Source: an uncultured Psychrobacter sp. (GTDB taxonomy: Bacteria; Pseudomonadota; Gammaproteobacteria; Pseudomonadales; Moraxellaceae). Taken from it: a DNA stretch of 64,000 nucleotides. The notes under the pieces were generated by a model that searched no databases, had not been told where the DNA came from, and saw nothing but the letters and a program-made list of their open reading frames with translations. The position numbers and the translations under genes are program-made. Positions 31,301 to 40,870 of this stretch are shown here, in pieces. The DNA lies in the NCBI RefSeq assembly GCF_947495825.1, contig NZ_CANMAH010000003.1:225065-289064 (forward strand), read 5' to 3'. Each line of letters begins with the position of its first letter. Positions within the stretch are counted from its first letter, which is position 1.

Positions 31301-32368
31301 GTCAGCGACATGCTTAGTCTCGTCGGTCAAAGTACTGAGGAAGACAGCCTCATCATTCAAACACCGTTACATATGGGCGATGACACTTTACGCTTTAGCC
31401 GTTCTGAGCTACAACAAGAATGGAGTCAGGTTAGCTATCAGATTGCCCGTCGCCGTGACAACCCAGCATGCGTGCAGCAAGAGTATGACTTGATTGCTGA
31501 TGCGAGCCATAAAGGCCTAATCGCTGCGCCAAACTTTGATCTCAATCAAAAAGTCGAAGAGCCATATCTAAACAGCCGCGCTGATTCTGATAACAGCAAG
31601 CCAAGAGTCGCTATCCTGCGCGAGCAAGGCGTCAACGGTCAGACCGAGATGGCAGCAGGCTTCACTCAAGCAGGCTTTGAAGCGGTCGACGTGCACATGA
31701 GCGATTTGCTTGAAGGTCGCATCAATCTACGTGACTTCGACGGTCTAGTCGCTTGTGGCGGCTTTAGTTACGGTGACGTACTCGGCGCAGGCTCTGGCTG
31801 GGCAAACTCTATCTTGTTCCATGACGAATTACGCATGCAGTTTGTGCGCTTCTTTGCCCGTCCTGATACCTTTAGCTTAGGTGTCTGTAACGGCTGTCAG
31901 ATGATGGCGCAGCTCAAAGGCCTCATCCCAGGCGCGGAAAACTTCCCACGCTTCATCGCTAATAAATCCGCTCGATTTGAAGCGCGTACGGTCAACGTCA
32001 AAGTCGAGCGTACCAAGTCTATCCTGTTCAAAGGCATGCAAGACAGTATCTTACCAATCGCTGTGGCGCATGGTGAAGGCTATGCCACGCTGGACAACAC
32101 AGAAATCGACGGTATGGCAAAACACGGTCAGCTCGCCATGCGTTATGTCGATAGCCAAGGTCATCCAACCGAGACTTATCCGCTCAATCCAAACGGTTCG
32201 CTCGGCGGTGTCACGGGTCTATGTAGCACCGACGGTCGCGTCACCATTATGATGCCGCACCCTGAGCGTACGCTATGCGCCTACAATCACAGCTGGAAAC
32301 CAGAAGCATGGGACGAGGACGGCGCGTGGATGCGTATGTTCCGTAACGCTCGCGCTTGGTTAAGATAA
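28337..32368 (+). CDS. purL: Phosphoribosylformylglycinamidine synthase (single-chain large PurL)
   Basis: The size matches E. coli PurL (1,295 aa). Motifs include [25 protein letters not shown] and the C-terminal GATase with GVCNGCQMM and MPHPER. Confidence 0.95.
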   Translation: MMTIAGQPFLTDFQTQQLINQFQQKTELNVSQINTQQVYVLSRKLEGDEQKKALDLFGIKEDIQFVAPQDNRLQVVVGPRFGTISPWASKATDIFNNCEIEINRVERVIVYTLTFDEKADGEGNAINNKLSSAAEQLLFDRMTQSLVYDLDDVSKLFDDEPPASLNRIDVMGEGRSALESANTQFGFALSSDDIDYLMNAYVNELGRNPTDVELMMFAQANSEHCRHKIFNAEWTIDGEVQPKSLFQMIKNTYQSNPQGILSAYKDNAAVMAGAEGLRYYPVPTDAMDANSAHPYDFHQEAIDILMKVETHNHPTAIAPYAGAATGAGGEIRDEGATGRGGKPKAGLTGFHVSHLHIPELAEKWEQSGQLSTQGYGTPDRMATSLEIMTEAPLGSANFSNEFGRPNLCGYFRSFQLDTSAAKDGSEMRGYHKPIMLAGGYGNIKRNLIEKNAIREGDLLIVLGGPAMQIGLGGGAASSVDSGELDEGLDFASVQRDNAEMERRCQEVIDRCWSLAGNDIDASNASKDGNPIVSVHDVGAGGLSNAMPELVDDHDMGAHLNLRKIPSLEAGMSPMAIWSNEAQERYVLAIRPESKAQFDAICARERCPYAILGEATEIRQLIVDDELLPEQPVDMPMQVLLGGTPKMQRSFSRQENELSPLALNDFNLTESIKDVLRHPTVASKSFLISIGDRSITGMVVRDQYVGRYQVPVSDCAITASGLVALDGQPMTGEAMSVGERTPVALISPKASARLAVGEAITNIAGARIAQLSDITMSANWMAACGDDAEDAALFDAVHTVGEELCPALGIAIPVGKDSLSMRANWTDSDENGNADKSVVSPMSLVITAFAPVVDVAKALTPELINGDSAFYRIDLSKGKLRLGGSILAQTLSQLGNDCPDLAQPSDLIDFFNFVQAGNAQGVISAYHDIGDGGLLATIAEMQFTSRQGIKLSLDDKNLLGQLFSEELGAVIQVLPENVTTLMELAEQHNVSDMLSLVGQSTEEDSLIIQTPLHMGDDTLRFSRSELQQEWSQVSYQIARRRDNPACVQQEYDLIADASHKGLIAAPNFDLNQKVEEPYLNSRADSDNSKPRVAILREQGVNGQTEMAAGFTQAGFEAVDVHMSDLLEGRINLRDFDGLVACGGFSYGDVLGAGSGWANSILFHDELRMQFVRFFARPDTFSLGVCNGCQMMAQLKGLIPGAENFPRFIANKSARFEARTVNVKVERTKSILFKGMQDSILPIAVAHGEGYATLDNTEIDGMAKHGQLAMRYVDSQGHPTETYPLNPNGSLGGVTGLCSTDGRVTIMMPHPERTLCAYNHSWKPEAWDEDGAWMRMFRNARAWLR

Positions 32369-32404
32369 GCTAAGTTGGTTTAGAGTATAGTTCTAGGTAA
32401 TAAA

Positions 32405-32431
32405 AAAGGTGGGCTTCGGCTCACCTTTTTT
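32405..32431 (+). terminator. purL rho-independent terminator
   Basis: aaaaaaggtgggcTTCGgctcacctttttt is a 7-bp stem with one G-T pair, a tetraloop and a T-tract. Confidence 0.75.
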
Positions 32432-32527
32432 GTGTTTGGAATTTCTGATATTTTTAAAGATAAAAATTTTGACCTGATATATGAATGTTATCTGTTAATC
32501 TAAGCCATTAATCACTAGGGCGTGTCT

Positions 32528-32746
32528 TCAATTCAGCTGACAATGAACGATAGTACACGCCAGATAAAGCATTGACTTAAAATTGCGAGCTAACTTTTCA
32601 TAGCGAGTGGCGATACTACGAAAGTGTTTGAGCCTTGCAAACATACTCTCTACCAAATGACGCAGTTTGTATAAGTAGCTATCGAATTCTGGATTAGGCG
32701 CTTTAGCATTGCTCCTTTTGAGAATTATAGGAATCATGTCATGCAT
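32528..32746 (-). mobile_element. IS5-family (IS427/ISL2-like) transposase C-terminal remnant
   Basis: YKLRHLVESMFARLKHFRSIATRYEKLARNFKSMLYLACTIV is the conserved C-terminal block of IS5-family DDE transposases. Only about 70 codons remain, and no N-terminal or catalytic region is present. Confidence 0.7.
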
Positions 32747-32967
32747 ACAAGCTTTAATAGACGCGGTATTGTAACTATTATTTAGGGCTTATCTAATTGA
32801 AGATATGCCCTAATCAGGGAGTTGTTATAGGTTTAACAATTGATGTACAGTAAGTTTTAGTTGCAAACTTATCCATCTGATAATCATATTTATAAATAAG
32901 CCATTATTAATATATTTTTGCAACAAAGCTGGTTATAGATAACCTTTATTCTACAAATATTTAGGAT

Positions 32968-35900
32968 GTGAATATGACAAATTTGCCTGAAGAAGGTGAT
33001 AGCCAAAGAATTGGACGACTAGCGAAAAAAGCTTTGACTAATCATATGCCACTTGATTGGATAGAGAAAGAACAAGATGGTGATTCAGACTATGGAATTG
33101 ACTACTTGATACAGTTGAAAAATGACAGTAGTCAAGTCGAGTTTAGCTTCTATCTACAGCTCAAAGGTACTATGTCGCCAACATATAATAAAACTCATAC
33201 ATCCATCTCTTACGATTTCAAAACCACTACATTAGCATATTATCACCGACAAGAACCTCTTGTAATGGTAGCGGTTGTAGATATTCGAGATGAGAAAAAG
33301 TTTTATGAGTGTCCTATTTATTATTTTTGGCTTGATGAGAAATGGTTTGACGAAAATGCTAAAAAGTTGGATAGTCAAAAAACTATTTCGATAAACATTC
33401 CTACTACAAACCTGCTAAATCAGGATTTAGATATATATAGTTTTTATGCGAATAGATTTCAAGAAAAGCTAGCATTCTCCGAGATTAGAAAAGGTATTAA
33501 CGGATTAGAAAGATCTGTATTGGATACTTTGAGTCTAATCGCAAAAAATATCGATGAAAAGCCTATTTTTTTAAAATCGATTGAACTGAAAAATGAAGCC
33601 CCTTGGATTGATAATCCTAAGGATGAAGTTTCAACTGATTTAAAGATGTGTTCAGATTATTTATCAAATAATCGCATACAGGCTGCAAAAGTAGTATTAG
33701 AAAAATTGAATAATAAACAAGATAACTTTAATACCCATGAAATGGCAGAGTTTTACTATCAAAAAGGTAATATTCTGTCTCATGAAGGATTTCGTGATGA
33801 TGCGGAAAAATACTTTAAGTTAGCACAAGAGAAGAGTTCCAAAGATCGATATCGTTTGGCGTACTTAGAGTCAAAATTTAAACTACACTCAACACTTTCA
33901 CCAGATGAGCTCGAAGAGTCACTTGACACACTAGGGAGTAGTAGTCTTCCAGAATGTGCACTAAAAGCTAAAATTTTAGCAATGCTTAAGAGACCTACAG
34001 AGGCTCTTCAACTGCTAAAACAACATTACCCCACTGAAACTACGATGCAAATGGTTATATGTACTATAGGATATCTTCATGAAGAACTAGATCTCATCAT
34101 TGAAGAAAATTTAGGTCATGAATTTGAGGATGATAGAAAAACCTATATTTTTAATGCACTAGCTGCTAGAAGATTCTTCCAGAAATCTTCAAATGATGTG
34201 GGAATATCTGGAGAGATTCTTCCTATTGAGGGGAGACCTGATTACGATCTAGAAGGGATGAAGCAAGCATTTAGTTCATTACAGAAAGCATGGGTTGCAG
34301 CTAAAAAGCTAGGATATCCAAATGATATCACTATGCTTATAGATATCAGTGCATTAATTTACGGATATTTTAACAAATTAGAAGAGCTTACCTGTTATTT
34401 TGATGAGATTTTAAGTGAAAGAACCTCACATTCAGAAGTCATACGATCATATGTTCGTATATTATTTAATTGTGGGCAATATACAAAAGTGATCGAATTA
34501 CTTGAAAAGCTAGAATTACTAGATAGTGATGAATGTGGTATACATATCCTCTCATATCATAACTTAAATAAATCTAAATTATGTTTATCGTTAATTCAAA
34601 AATATGAAAGTATTTTATTGAGTTCTTCTAGAGAAAATATTCCTGCTATCTTTTGTATTGGGGCTGAAATCGCTGATTCAATGTTCAACACAGATTTAGC
34701 TACTAGGTATAAAGACATTGTAAAGTCACTCCCAGACGGTGAAGCATTCATTGCGATTCAAGATTTTGTCAATAAGTCCAACCGAGATAAAAACAGACAT
34801 AATGAGTTTACACAAAACTTATATCAAAAATACATAGATTTAGATAAGCCTTTAGTTATTGCTGTACAACTGATTAGATATTTAAATCCTCGGGATAGTA
34901 TGACTGCTAATCAATTAATTGAGTTAGCAGAGAATATATTAGAAACAAGAGAGTTGAGTAAAAATAGATATTTAGACCTAGCACAAGCTTTTATCACTAC
35001 AGAGCGCTGGGCTGATGCGGAAAGATTAGCAGAAAAAAATATTGCTAAAGGTGTAGCTGCTTCAAAATGGAAACTGGTACAAGCGGCAGCTTTACAAAAT
35101 CAAGGTAAGGTAGGAGTTGCCTATCAGATTATTACAGATGTAATCAAATTAGAGGACATAGGAAAGCAAGAAAAAGATTTTTTTATCAATCTCTCTCTTT
35201 CATTAGGATTAATTGATAATGTAGTCGAACAGCTTGAAGAGGATTTAGCAAATTCTTCTAATACAGAAGATCAAATCGTTATTATTAGACGACTAATTAG
35301 CATTTATTCGAACAGAGCTGACTATAAGGAAAAAACAAAGACTGCGGTTTTAAGATATGGAACACTTGTAGATCAAAATAACTGTGATCAGGAAGGTGAT
35401 TATTTGCAGTTATGTATGCTTCTATGCCCATTTGACAATGATAAACAGTTTACAGACTATAGAGAAAGGCAAGATAAATATACCAAAAAATTTCCTGACT
35501 CTAAAGTTTTTAAGGTAGGGAATATCAATATAGATGAAGGTGCTGAAGGATTATTAGAATCTTTGAGAGATATGGCGGGCATTACTCCAGAACAGATTGA
35601 ATTATGGGAAAGTAACAAGCAAAAGCTTAGGAGTGGTGAATTACCTATACCTTTTTTTATGAGAGGATTATGTTTACAGGATACTAGAGATATTTTTACT
35701 ACTTGGTTTTTATCAAAATCTTCTACAGATCAAGAGTTAGAATTTAAAATTCTACATTCTCCTCAGTTAAATAAAAATGATTTTAAAGACCTTATAGATA
35801 CGTCTGATATTTTGTTAATAGAGGAAACTTCAATACTGGTTCTTAACGAATTAGAGGTTCTTGATAGCTTTTTGGAGTCCTTACCAAGATTTTCTATATT

Positions 35901-36798
35901 GGAAACGTTCTTTAAAAAAATTAACCTTACAGCTCATGCTCTACTTTCCCCTTATAATAATATTGCAAAAGAAATTTTAAAATCTATACAGAATAATCTG
36001 ACTAAGTTAGATTTGATACACATAGATGAGGAAGGTTCATTACAGTATGACCAGCCGTTAAAGAATAAAAAAGGACTTTTAATTACTGACGATTTATACC
36101 TAAAAAGATGGATTTCTGTAGAAAATCATAATACTCAGCAGACTGGTAATATATTTAATGTCTTAGAGTATTTATATGATAAAGGTATGTTAGACAAGAG
36201 TGTTTTACAAGAAAAAATAGTTAGTGGCAGTAAATTAGGTATTGTAGATTTAAATATGAGATTAGATTTTTTAGGTGATTCAATAGATTACTTTTTGGGA
36301 AGACCGGAAATTCTAGATTATAAAGATACAGATTTTCAATATATTTTTGACAAGATAATGCTGTTTCATACAGATTTCAAAATAAAATATAAGTTATTTT
36401 TAGATATTTTCCTTTATGTTGATGTGCAGAAAATTAGTCCACAGACTTTACTAACTCTAGTCTATAAACTCATTGAGAGTGAAGATAGTTACGAACCGCA
36501 GGCAGTTATTACGACGTGGTTAATCCACTCTGGGCTTGGAAGGAAATGTGAGAAAGGCATGGAAAATAACTTTAGTACTGAACATTTAATCTTGTGGAAT
36601 AAATATACATCAGTTATGGGAATATTAGATCCTGAAAGTTCTTCAATTATATCTTTATTAGAGAAGGTGGTATCTGTAATACTGAAATTAGAACCAGAAA
36701 TTAAAAGTATAGCGTTTAACAACTTAAAAAGTGGATTTTCTTCAGATTCAATAGAATATAGTAACTTAAAAAGATTAGATCGTTTTTTCAATCTATAA
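32968..36798 (+). CDS. Large hypothetical protein: N-terminal DUF4365-like (PD-(D/E)xK-type) module, TPR-like helical repeats and a PIN-like C-terminal region
   Basis: The ORF is 1,276 aa and uninterrupted. The probable start is ATG 32974, preceded by a TAGGAT RBS. The N-terminus has DYGIDYLIQL...FYLQLKGT. TPR-like segments include EMAEFYYQKGNILSHEGFRDDAEKYFKLAQ. The C-terminal region has DILLIEETSILVL and LLITDDLYL. There is no Walker A motif. The gene is very AT-rich. Confidence 0.7.
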   Translation: MNMTNLPEEGDSQRIGRLAKKALTNHMPLDWIEKEQDGDSDYGIDYLIQLKNDSSQVEFSFYLQLKGTMSPTYNKTHTSISYDFKTTTLAYYHRQEPLVMVAVVDIRDEKKFYECPIYYFWLDEKWFDENAKKLDSQKTISINIPTTNLLNQDLDIYSFYANRFQEKLAFSEIRKGINGLERSVLDTLSLIAKNIDEKPIFLKSIELKNEAPWIDNPKDEVSTDLKMCSDYLSNNRIQAAKVVLEKLNNKQDNFNTHEMAEFYYQKGNILSHEGFRDDAEKYFKLAQEKSSKDRYRLAYLESKFKLHSTLSPDELEESLDTLGSSSLPECALKAKILAMLKRPTEALQLLKQHYPTETTMQMVICTIGYLHEELDLIIEENLGHEFEDDRKTYIFNALAARRFFQKSSNDVGISGEILPIEGRPDYDLEGMKQAFSSLQKAWVAAKKLGYPNDITMLIDISALIYGYFNKLEELTCYFDEILSERTSHSEVIRSYVRILFNCGQYTKVIELLEKLELLDSDECGIHILSYHNLNKSKLCLSLIQKYESILLSSSRENIPAIFCIGAEIADSMFNTDLATRYKDIVKSLPDGEAFIAIQDFVNKSNRDKNRHNEFTQNLYQKYIDLDKPLVIAVQLIRYLNPRDSMTANQLIELAENILETRELSKNRYLDLAQAFITTERWADAERLAEKNIAKGVAASKWKLVQAAALQNQGKVGVAYQIITDVIKLEDIGKQEKDFFINLSLSLGLIDNVVEQLEEDLANSSNTEDQIVIIRRLISIYSNRADYKEKTKTAVLRYGTLVDQNNCDQEGDYLQLCMLLCPFDNDKQFTDYRERQDKYTKKFPDSKVFKVGNINIDEGAEGLLESLRDMAGITPEQIELWESNKQKLRSGELPIPFFMRGLCLQDTRDIFTTWFLSKSSTDQELEFKILHSPQLNKNDFKDLIDTSDILLIEETSILVLNELEVLDSFLESLPRFSILETFFKKINLTAHALLSPYNNIAKEILKSIQNNLTKLDLIHIDEEGSLQYDQPLKNKKGLLITDDLYLKRWISVENHNTQQTGNIFNVLEYLYDKGMLDKSVLQEKIVSGSKLGIVDLNMRLDFLGDSIDYFLGRPEILDYKDTDFQYIFDKIMLFHTDFKIKYKLFLDIFLYVDVQKISPQTLLTLVYKLIESEDSYEPQAVITTWLIHSGLGRKCEKGMENNFSTEHLILWNKYTSVMGILDPESSSIISLLEKVVSVILKLEPEIKSIAFNNLKSGFSSDSIEYSNLKRLDRFFNL

Positions 36799-37054
36799 AG
36801 GTTGTGACTTGACCACGATGATGGGTTTGATGATTAAAAAAATGCTGTAGAAGCATCCAAAAAGATTTACTAAATATCTTATTTTTGGTGTTTCGGTAGC
36901 TTAGATTCTTTAGATAGTCGCTTTCGTCTGATTCCTCAATAAACCTGATGATCATCTGATCTAGGTTTTGTCTATTTGCGCTAAAGTCCTGCTTATCATC
37001 ATATAAAATTTGATTGAGCGTGGCAGGTGCTGGGAAGTCTTTGAGTGATGTCAA
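36788..37054 (-). pseudogene. DinB-superfamily gene fragment (truncated)
   Basis: The fragment carries the DinB-family motif HQTHHRGQ only 6 codons before its stop. It has no ATG start (only TTG). The frame is closed upstream by a stop at 37124-37126, inside the tdh terminator. Its 3' end overlaps the giant ORF by 11 nt. Confidence 0.6.
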
Positions 37055-37103
37055 CGCCTCAAATCCTGATGGGTAACTGGGGTGTTTGTTGAGGCGACTT
37101 ACC

Positions 37104-37133
37104 CAAAAAAAACGGCACTGAAATCAGTACCGT
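37104..37133 (-). terminator. kbl-tdh operon rho-independent terminator
   Basis: An A-tract on the + strand is followed by the stem acggcact/agtaccgt (one mismatch) with a 6-nt loop. Confidence 0.65.
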
Positions 37134-37195
37134 TTTATCAGCCGTGATAATGTAAACCCTAACCACGACTCCTCAAATACTGACGCACTACGTGA

Positions 37196-38221
37196 TCAAT
37201 CCCAGCTTAAAATCACCTTACCACATTGCCCACTTTCCATGATATCAAAGCCTTCTTGAAAGTCATCAATGTGCATGCGATGGGTGATGATAGGTGACAA
37301 ATCAATACCGCTAATCAGCATTTGCTCCATCTGATACCAGGTCTCCCACATTTCACGGCCATAAATACCCTTTAAGGTTAACGCCTTAAAAATAATTTTG
37401 CTCCAATCCACCGTGGTGGTGTTAGGTAAAATACCCAAGAGAGAGATTTTGGAGCCGTTATACATGTTACTAATCATCGAATCAAAGGCCTGAGGTGAGC
37501 CTGACATCTCAAGTCCAATATCGAAGCCGTGCATTTTTAATTCAGCAATGGCGCCTTCGATGGTTTCACCTTTGGCTGGGTTGACGGTCATCGTCGCGCC
37601 CATTTTTTTGGCAATCTCTAAGCGATAATCACTGATATCACTGACCACAATATTTCGCGCCCCTGCGAAGCGGCAAATCGCCGTTGCCATGGAACCAATC
37701 AGCCCCGCACCCGTAATCAGTACATCCTCACCAAGTACCGGAAATGAAAGGGCAGTATGAGTGGCATTGCCAAAGGGGTCCATAATGGCTGCCATCTCAT
37801 CGCTGATACGCTCATCAAGTTTTATGGCATTATCGGCAGGTATCACCAAATATTCGGCAAACGCGCCATCGCGGTCAACGCCCACGCCTATGGTGTTTTC
37901 GCACACATGCAGCTTACCACGGCGGCAGTTACGGCAATGCCCGCAAGCGATATGCCCCTCTCCAGTGACTCGGTCACCCACTTCAAAATGCTTGACGCCA
38001 TCGCCCACTTCACTAATGATACCAACGTATTCATGTCCGATGACCATCGGCGTCTTTACAGTTTTTTGTGACCACTCATCCCACTTATAAATGTGCAAAT
38101 CTGTACCACAAATGGCGGTTTTTTTGATTTTTATTTTTACGTCGTTGATGCCAACCTGTGGTTCTGGTACATCTTGCATCCAGATGCCTTTTTTATCTTG
38201 GGCTTTAACCAGAGCTTTCAT
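37196..38221 (-). CDS. tdh: L-threonine 3-dehydrogenase
   Basis: This is a zinc alcohol dehydrogenase-family protein with [22 protein letters not shown] and GAGLIGSMA. It is paired with kbl. Confidence 0.95.
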   Translation of the reverse strand: MKALVKAQDKKGIWMQDVPEPQVGINDVKIKIKKTAICGTDLHIYKWDEWSQKTVKTPMVIGHEYVGIISEVGDGVKHFEVGDRVTGEGHIACGHCRNCRRGKLHVCENTIGVGVDRDGAFAEYLVIPADNAIKLDERISDEMAAIMDPFGNATHTALSFPVLGEDVLITGAGLIGSMATAICRFAGARNIVVSDISDYRLEIAKKMGATMTVNPAKGETIEGAIAELKMHGFDIGLEMSGSPQAFDSMISNMYNGSKISLLGILPNTTTVDWSKIIFKALTLKGIYGREMWETWYQMEQMLISGIDLSPIITHRMHIDDFQEGFDIMESGQCGKVILSWD

Positions 38222-38284
38222 ACTTTTCTCTTATTTAACTGTGTTGCATTTCATTGTTGAATCTAGATAAATACCGAACGACGC

Positions 38285-39475
38285 TTAATCAATCACCTGC
38301 ATTTGCTTGGCGACTTTGATAAAGGCGGCGATACACTGGTCTAGCTGATCCGTAGTATGGGCAGCAGAGAGCTGGACCCGAATGCGAGCCTCGTCTTTAG
38401 GTACGACAGGGTAGAAGAAGCCAATCACATAAATGCCTTCTTTAAGCAGTGCGTCCGCCATTTGCTGGGAGACATTGGCGTCATAGAGCATTACTGCACA
38501 AATGGCCGATTCGGTGGGCTTGATATCGAAGCCTGCATCTTGCATTTTCTTAACAAAATAGGCGGTATTTTCATGCAATTTATCTTGTAGGGTATTGTCT
38601 TGCGATAGCATATCAAACGCTTTTACCCCAGCGGCAGCGACCATAGGAGGAATAGAGTTTGAAAAAAGATACGGACGTGAGCGTTGACGCAACATCTCAA
38701 TAATTTCTTTTTTTCCTGTCGTAAAGCCGCCGATAGCACCACCGAATGCCTTGCCTAAGGTACCAGTGATAAGCTCAATATCACCACGTAGATCAAACAA
38801 TTCAGTTACGCCGCCACCAGTGCGACCGACCACGCCTGCTGAATGCGATTCGTCAATCATCACCATGGCATCATATTTTTGTGCCAACGCATAAATCTCA
38901 TCCATTGGCGCTACATTACCGTCCATCGAAAACACACCATCGGTGACAATCAAACGAAAACGCTGAGCTTGCGCCGCTTGTAATTGAGCCTCTAAGTCTT
39001 GCATATCCGCATTGGCATAGCGATAACGCGCGGCTTTACACAGGCGCACACCATCAATGATTGAGGCATGATTTAACGAATCAGAAATAATGGCATCTTC
39101 GCTAGTCAGCAATGGCTCAAATGCACCGCCATTGGCATCGAAACAGGCCGCATAAAGAATCGTATCTTCGGTATTAAAAAACTTAGAAATCGACGCCTCT
39201 AATTGCTTATGCAAATCTTGTGTACCACAAATAAAACGCACCGATGACATACCATAACCTGAGTCTTCGATGGCTTGGGTAGCCGCCTTTTTAATCTCAG
39301 GATGGTCAGACAACCCAAGATAATTATTGGCACAGAAGTTCAGCACTTCACGACCATCGGCGATTTTGATTAGCGCATCTTGCGGAGAGGTGATGACACG
39401 CTCGTTTTTATACAGTCCTGCCGCGCGTATGTCGCTGATTTCTTGCTGTAAATGCTTTTGAAAGGCCTGATACAT
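38285..39475 (-). CDS. kbl: Glycine C-acetyltransferase (2-amino-3-ketobutyrate CoA ligase)
   Basis: Alpha-oxoamine synthase motifs are present: NYLGLSDHPE, DESHSAGVVG and GTLGKAFGG (PLP lysine). Confidence 0.95.
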   Translation of the reverse strand: MYQAFQKHLQQEISDIRAAGLYKNERVITSPQDALIKIADGREVLNFCANNYLGLSDHPEIKKAATQAIEDSGYGMSSVRFICGTQDLHKQLEASISKFFNTEDTILYAACFDANGGAFEPLLTSEDAIISDSLNHASIIDGVRLCKAARYRYANADMQDLEAQLQAAQAQRFRLIVTDGVFSMDGNVAPMDEIYALAQKYDAMVMIDESHSAGVVGRTGGGVTELFDLRGDIELITGTLGKAFGGAIGGFTTGKKEIIEMLRQRSRPYLFSNSIPPMVAAAGVKAFDMLSQDNTLQDKLHENTAYFVKKMQDAGFDIKPTESAICAVMLYDANVSQQMADALLKEGIYVIGFFYPVVPKDEARIRVQLSAAHTTDQLDQCIAAFIKVAKQMQVID

Positions 39476-39833
39476 AAAGATTCCTTTTTTAATATTATGG
39501 GAGCCTGCGTTGATAATGCAGATATCAAAACTGGTGATAGGACCAAATTATTAAAGCCGCACATCATTTTAGGCTTCAATAAAACCAACAATGTGGGAAG
39601 CCAACAATATGGTGCGAGCAGTGATACTATCTATAACTCCGTAAACGGTGATTTTATCATTAGCCCATGGCAATAACTAGCTCAAATAGCTGGTAGATAG
39701 GGCTATTTCCTTGGAACTATATAGGGTTGTTTAGCTGTAGTATTGGTCTCATAGCGGCTTAGATATGTCTTAAAACATAAGACATCAACTTGCGTAACTT
39801 TATAATCTTGATTGGTAAATACCGTCTATCCAG

Positions 39834-40031
39834 TTATTCATCTTTGGGACGCTTCTGAGCCTCTGCAATCAACTCATGAATCTTCGCGCTTTCTCTTAGT
39901 ACACAAGCCTCATATGCAGAAAGCTGCTCAGGCTCTTGTTCTTTCTGTTTTTGCTGCTCCTGCTCTTGTTTGGCTTTTTCTTCTAGATACTTTTGCAGCT
40001 CGTCTTGTTCTTTATTCTTTGAATCAGTCAT
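39834..40031 (-). CDS. Small, highly charged hypothetical protein (65 aa)
   Basis: A strong AGGAG RBS lies 7 nt upstream of the ATG. The gene begins 18 nt downstream of the GATase gene stop. The protein is E/K/Q-rich and predicted helical. Confidence 0.5.
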   Translation of the reverse strand: MTDSKNKEQDELQKYLEEKAKQEQEQQKQKEQEPEQLSAYEACVLRESAKIHELIAEAQKRPKDE

Positions 40032-40049
40032 CGCTATTCTCCTAACTAT

Positions 40050-40793
40050 TTAGTTTGCCGCTATTCGATTTAGCATCGCCGATAGCCTTGCGTTATTATC
40101 TTCGATATATTTTTCACCAAGTGCTACTATCTCAGCAGGTGATTGCACCGTTTTGGGATACTCTTTTAGTCCACTTTGAATGGCATTATTGCCATTTACG
40201 ACCATCTTGGCAAGGCTCTCTTTGGTCACTTCAAAGTGACATTGCCACCCCAGCACCCAAGTACCCAGCTCTTTGTGCAGCGAGGTCTGATAGATAAAGC
40301 CTTGATTCGCCACTGCATCCGTCGATGCGATAATGCTCGCCCCTGTTGGACAGTCAAAACCATCACCATGAAAGTGAAGCACGGTAAAATCCTGCTTGGG
40401 CAAATCTTGTAATAAACGATGCGCATGACCTGCGGGCGTGAGTCGCATCGGCAACCAACCGATTTCTTTTACCCCAGATGGCTGCACGCAAGCACCCAAA
40501 CAATGGGCGATTAGCTGCGAGCCTAAGCAAACACCGATGACGGTTTTGCCAGCATTGATACTTTGTTTAATGAGATGTTTTTCTGCGATGAGCCATGGGT
40601 GTTTTTCCTCATCATGGACGCTCATCGGGCCGCCCATCACGATGAGCCAATCGAAACTATCTAGCGCTGGCAGAGCATTATTATCAAAAGAGCGACTGAT
40701 GGTCATAATATGATGCTGACTGTTTGCCCACTGGGTGACAAAGCTTAAGTCTTCATAATCAGTATGGAATAGGGCATGGATGCGTAACGTCAT
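40050..40793 (-). CDS. Class I glutamine amidotransferase-like protein
   Basis: The nucleophile elbow is GVCLGSQLIA and the H/E pair lies in WQCHFEV. I placed the start at MTLRIHALFH; the ORF-track Met at 40832 is an alternative. Confidence 0.8.
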   Translation of the reverse strand: MTLRIHALFHTDYEDLSFVTQWANSQHHIMTISRSFDNNALPALDSFDWLIVMGGPMSVHDEEKHPWLIAEKHLIKQSINAGKTVIGVCLGSQLIAHCLGACVQPSGVKEIGWLPMRLTPAGHAHRLLQDLPKQDFTVLHFHGDGFDCPTGASIIASTDAVANQGFIYQTSLHKELGTWVLGWQCHFEVTKESLAKMVVNGNNAIQSGLKEYPKTVQSPAEIVALGEKYIEDNNARLSAMLNRIAAN

Positions 40794-40870
40794 AAGATAC
40801 CTCATTAGCAAGCATTGATTAGCAAATATCAATTAAAGCATATCACTTTGCCAAGATTTAACATTTAATC

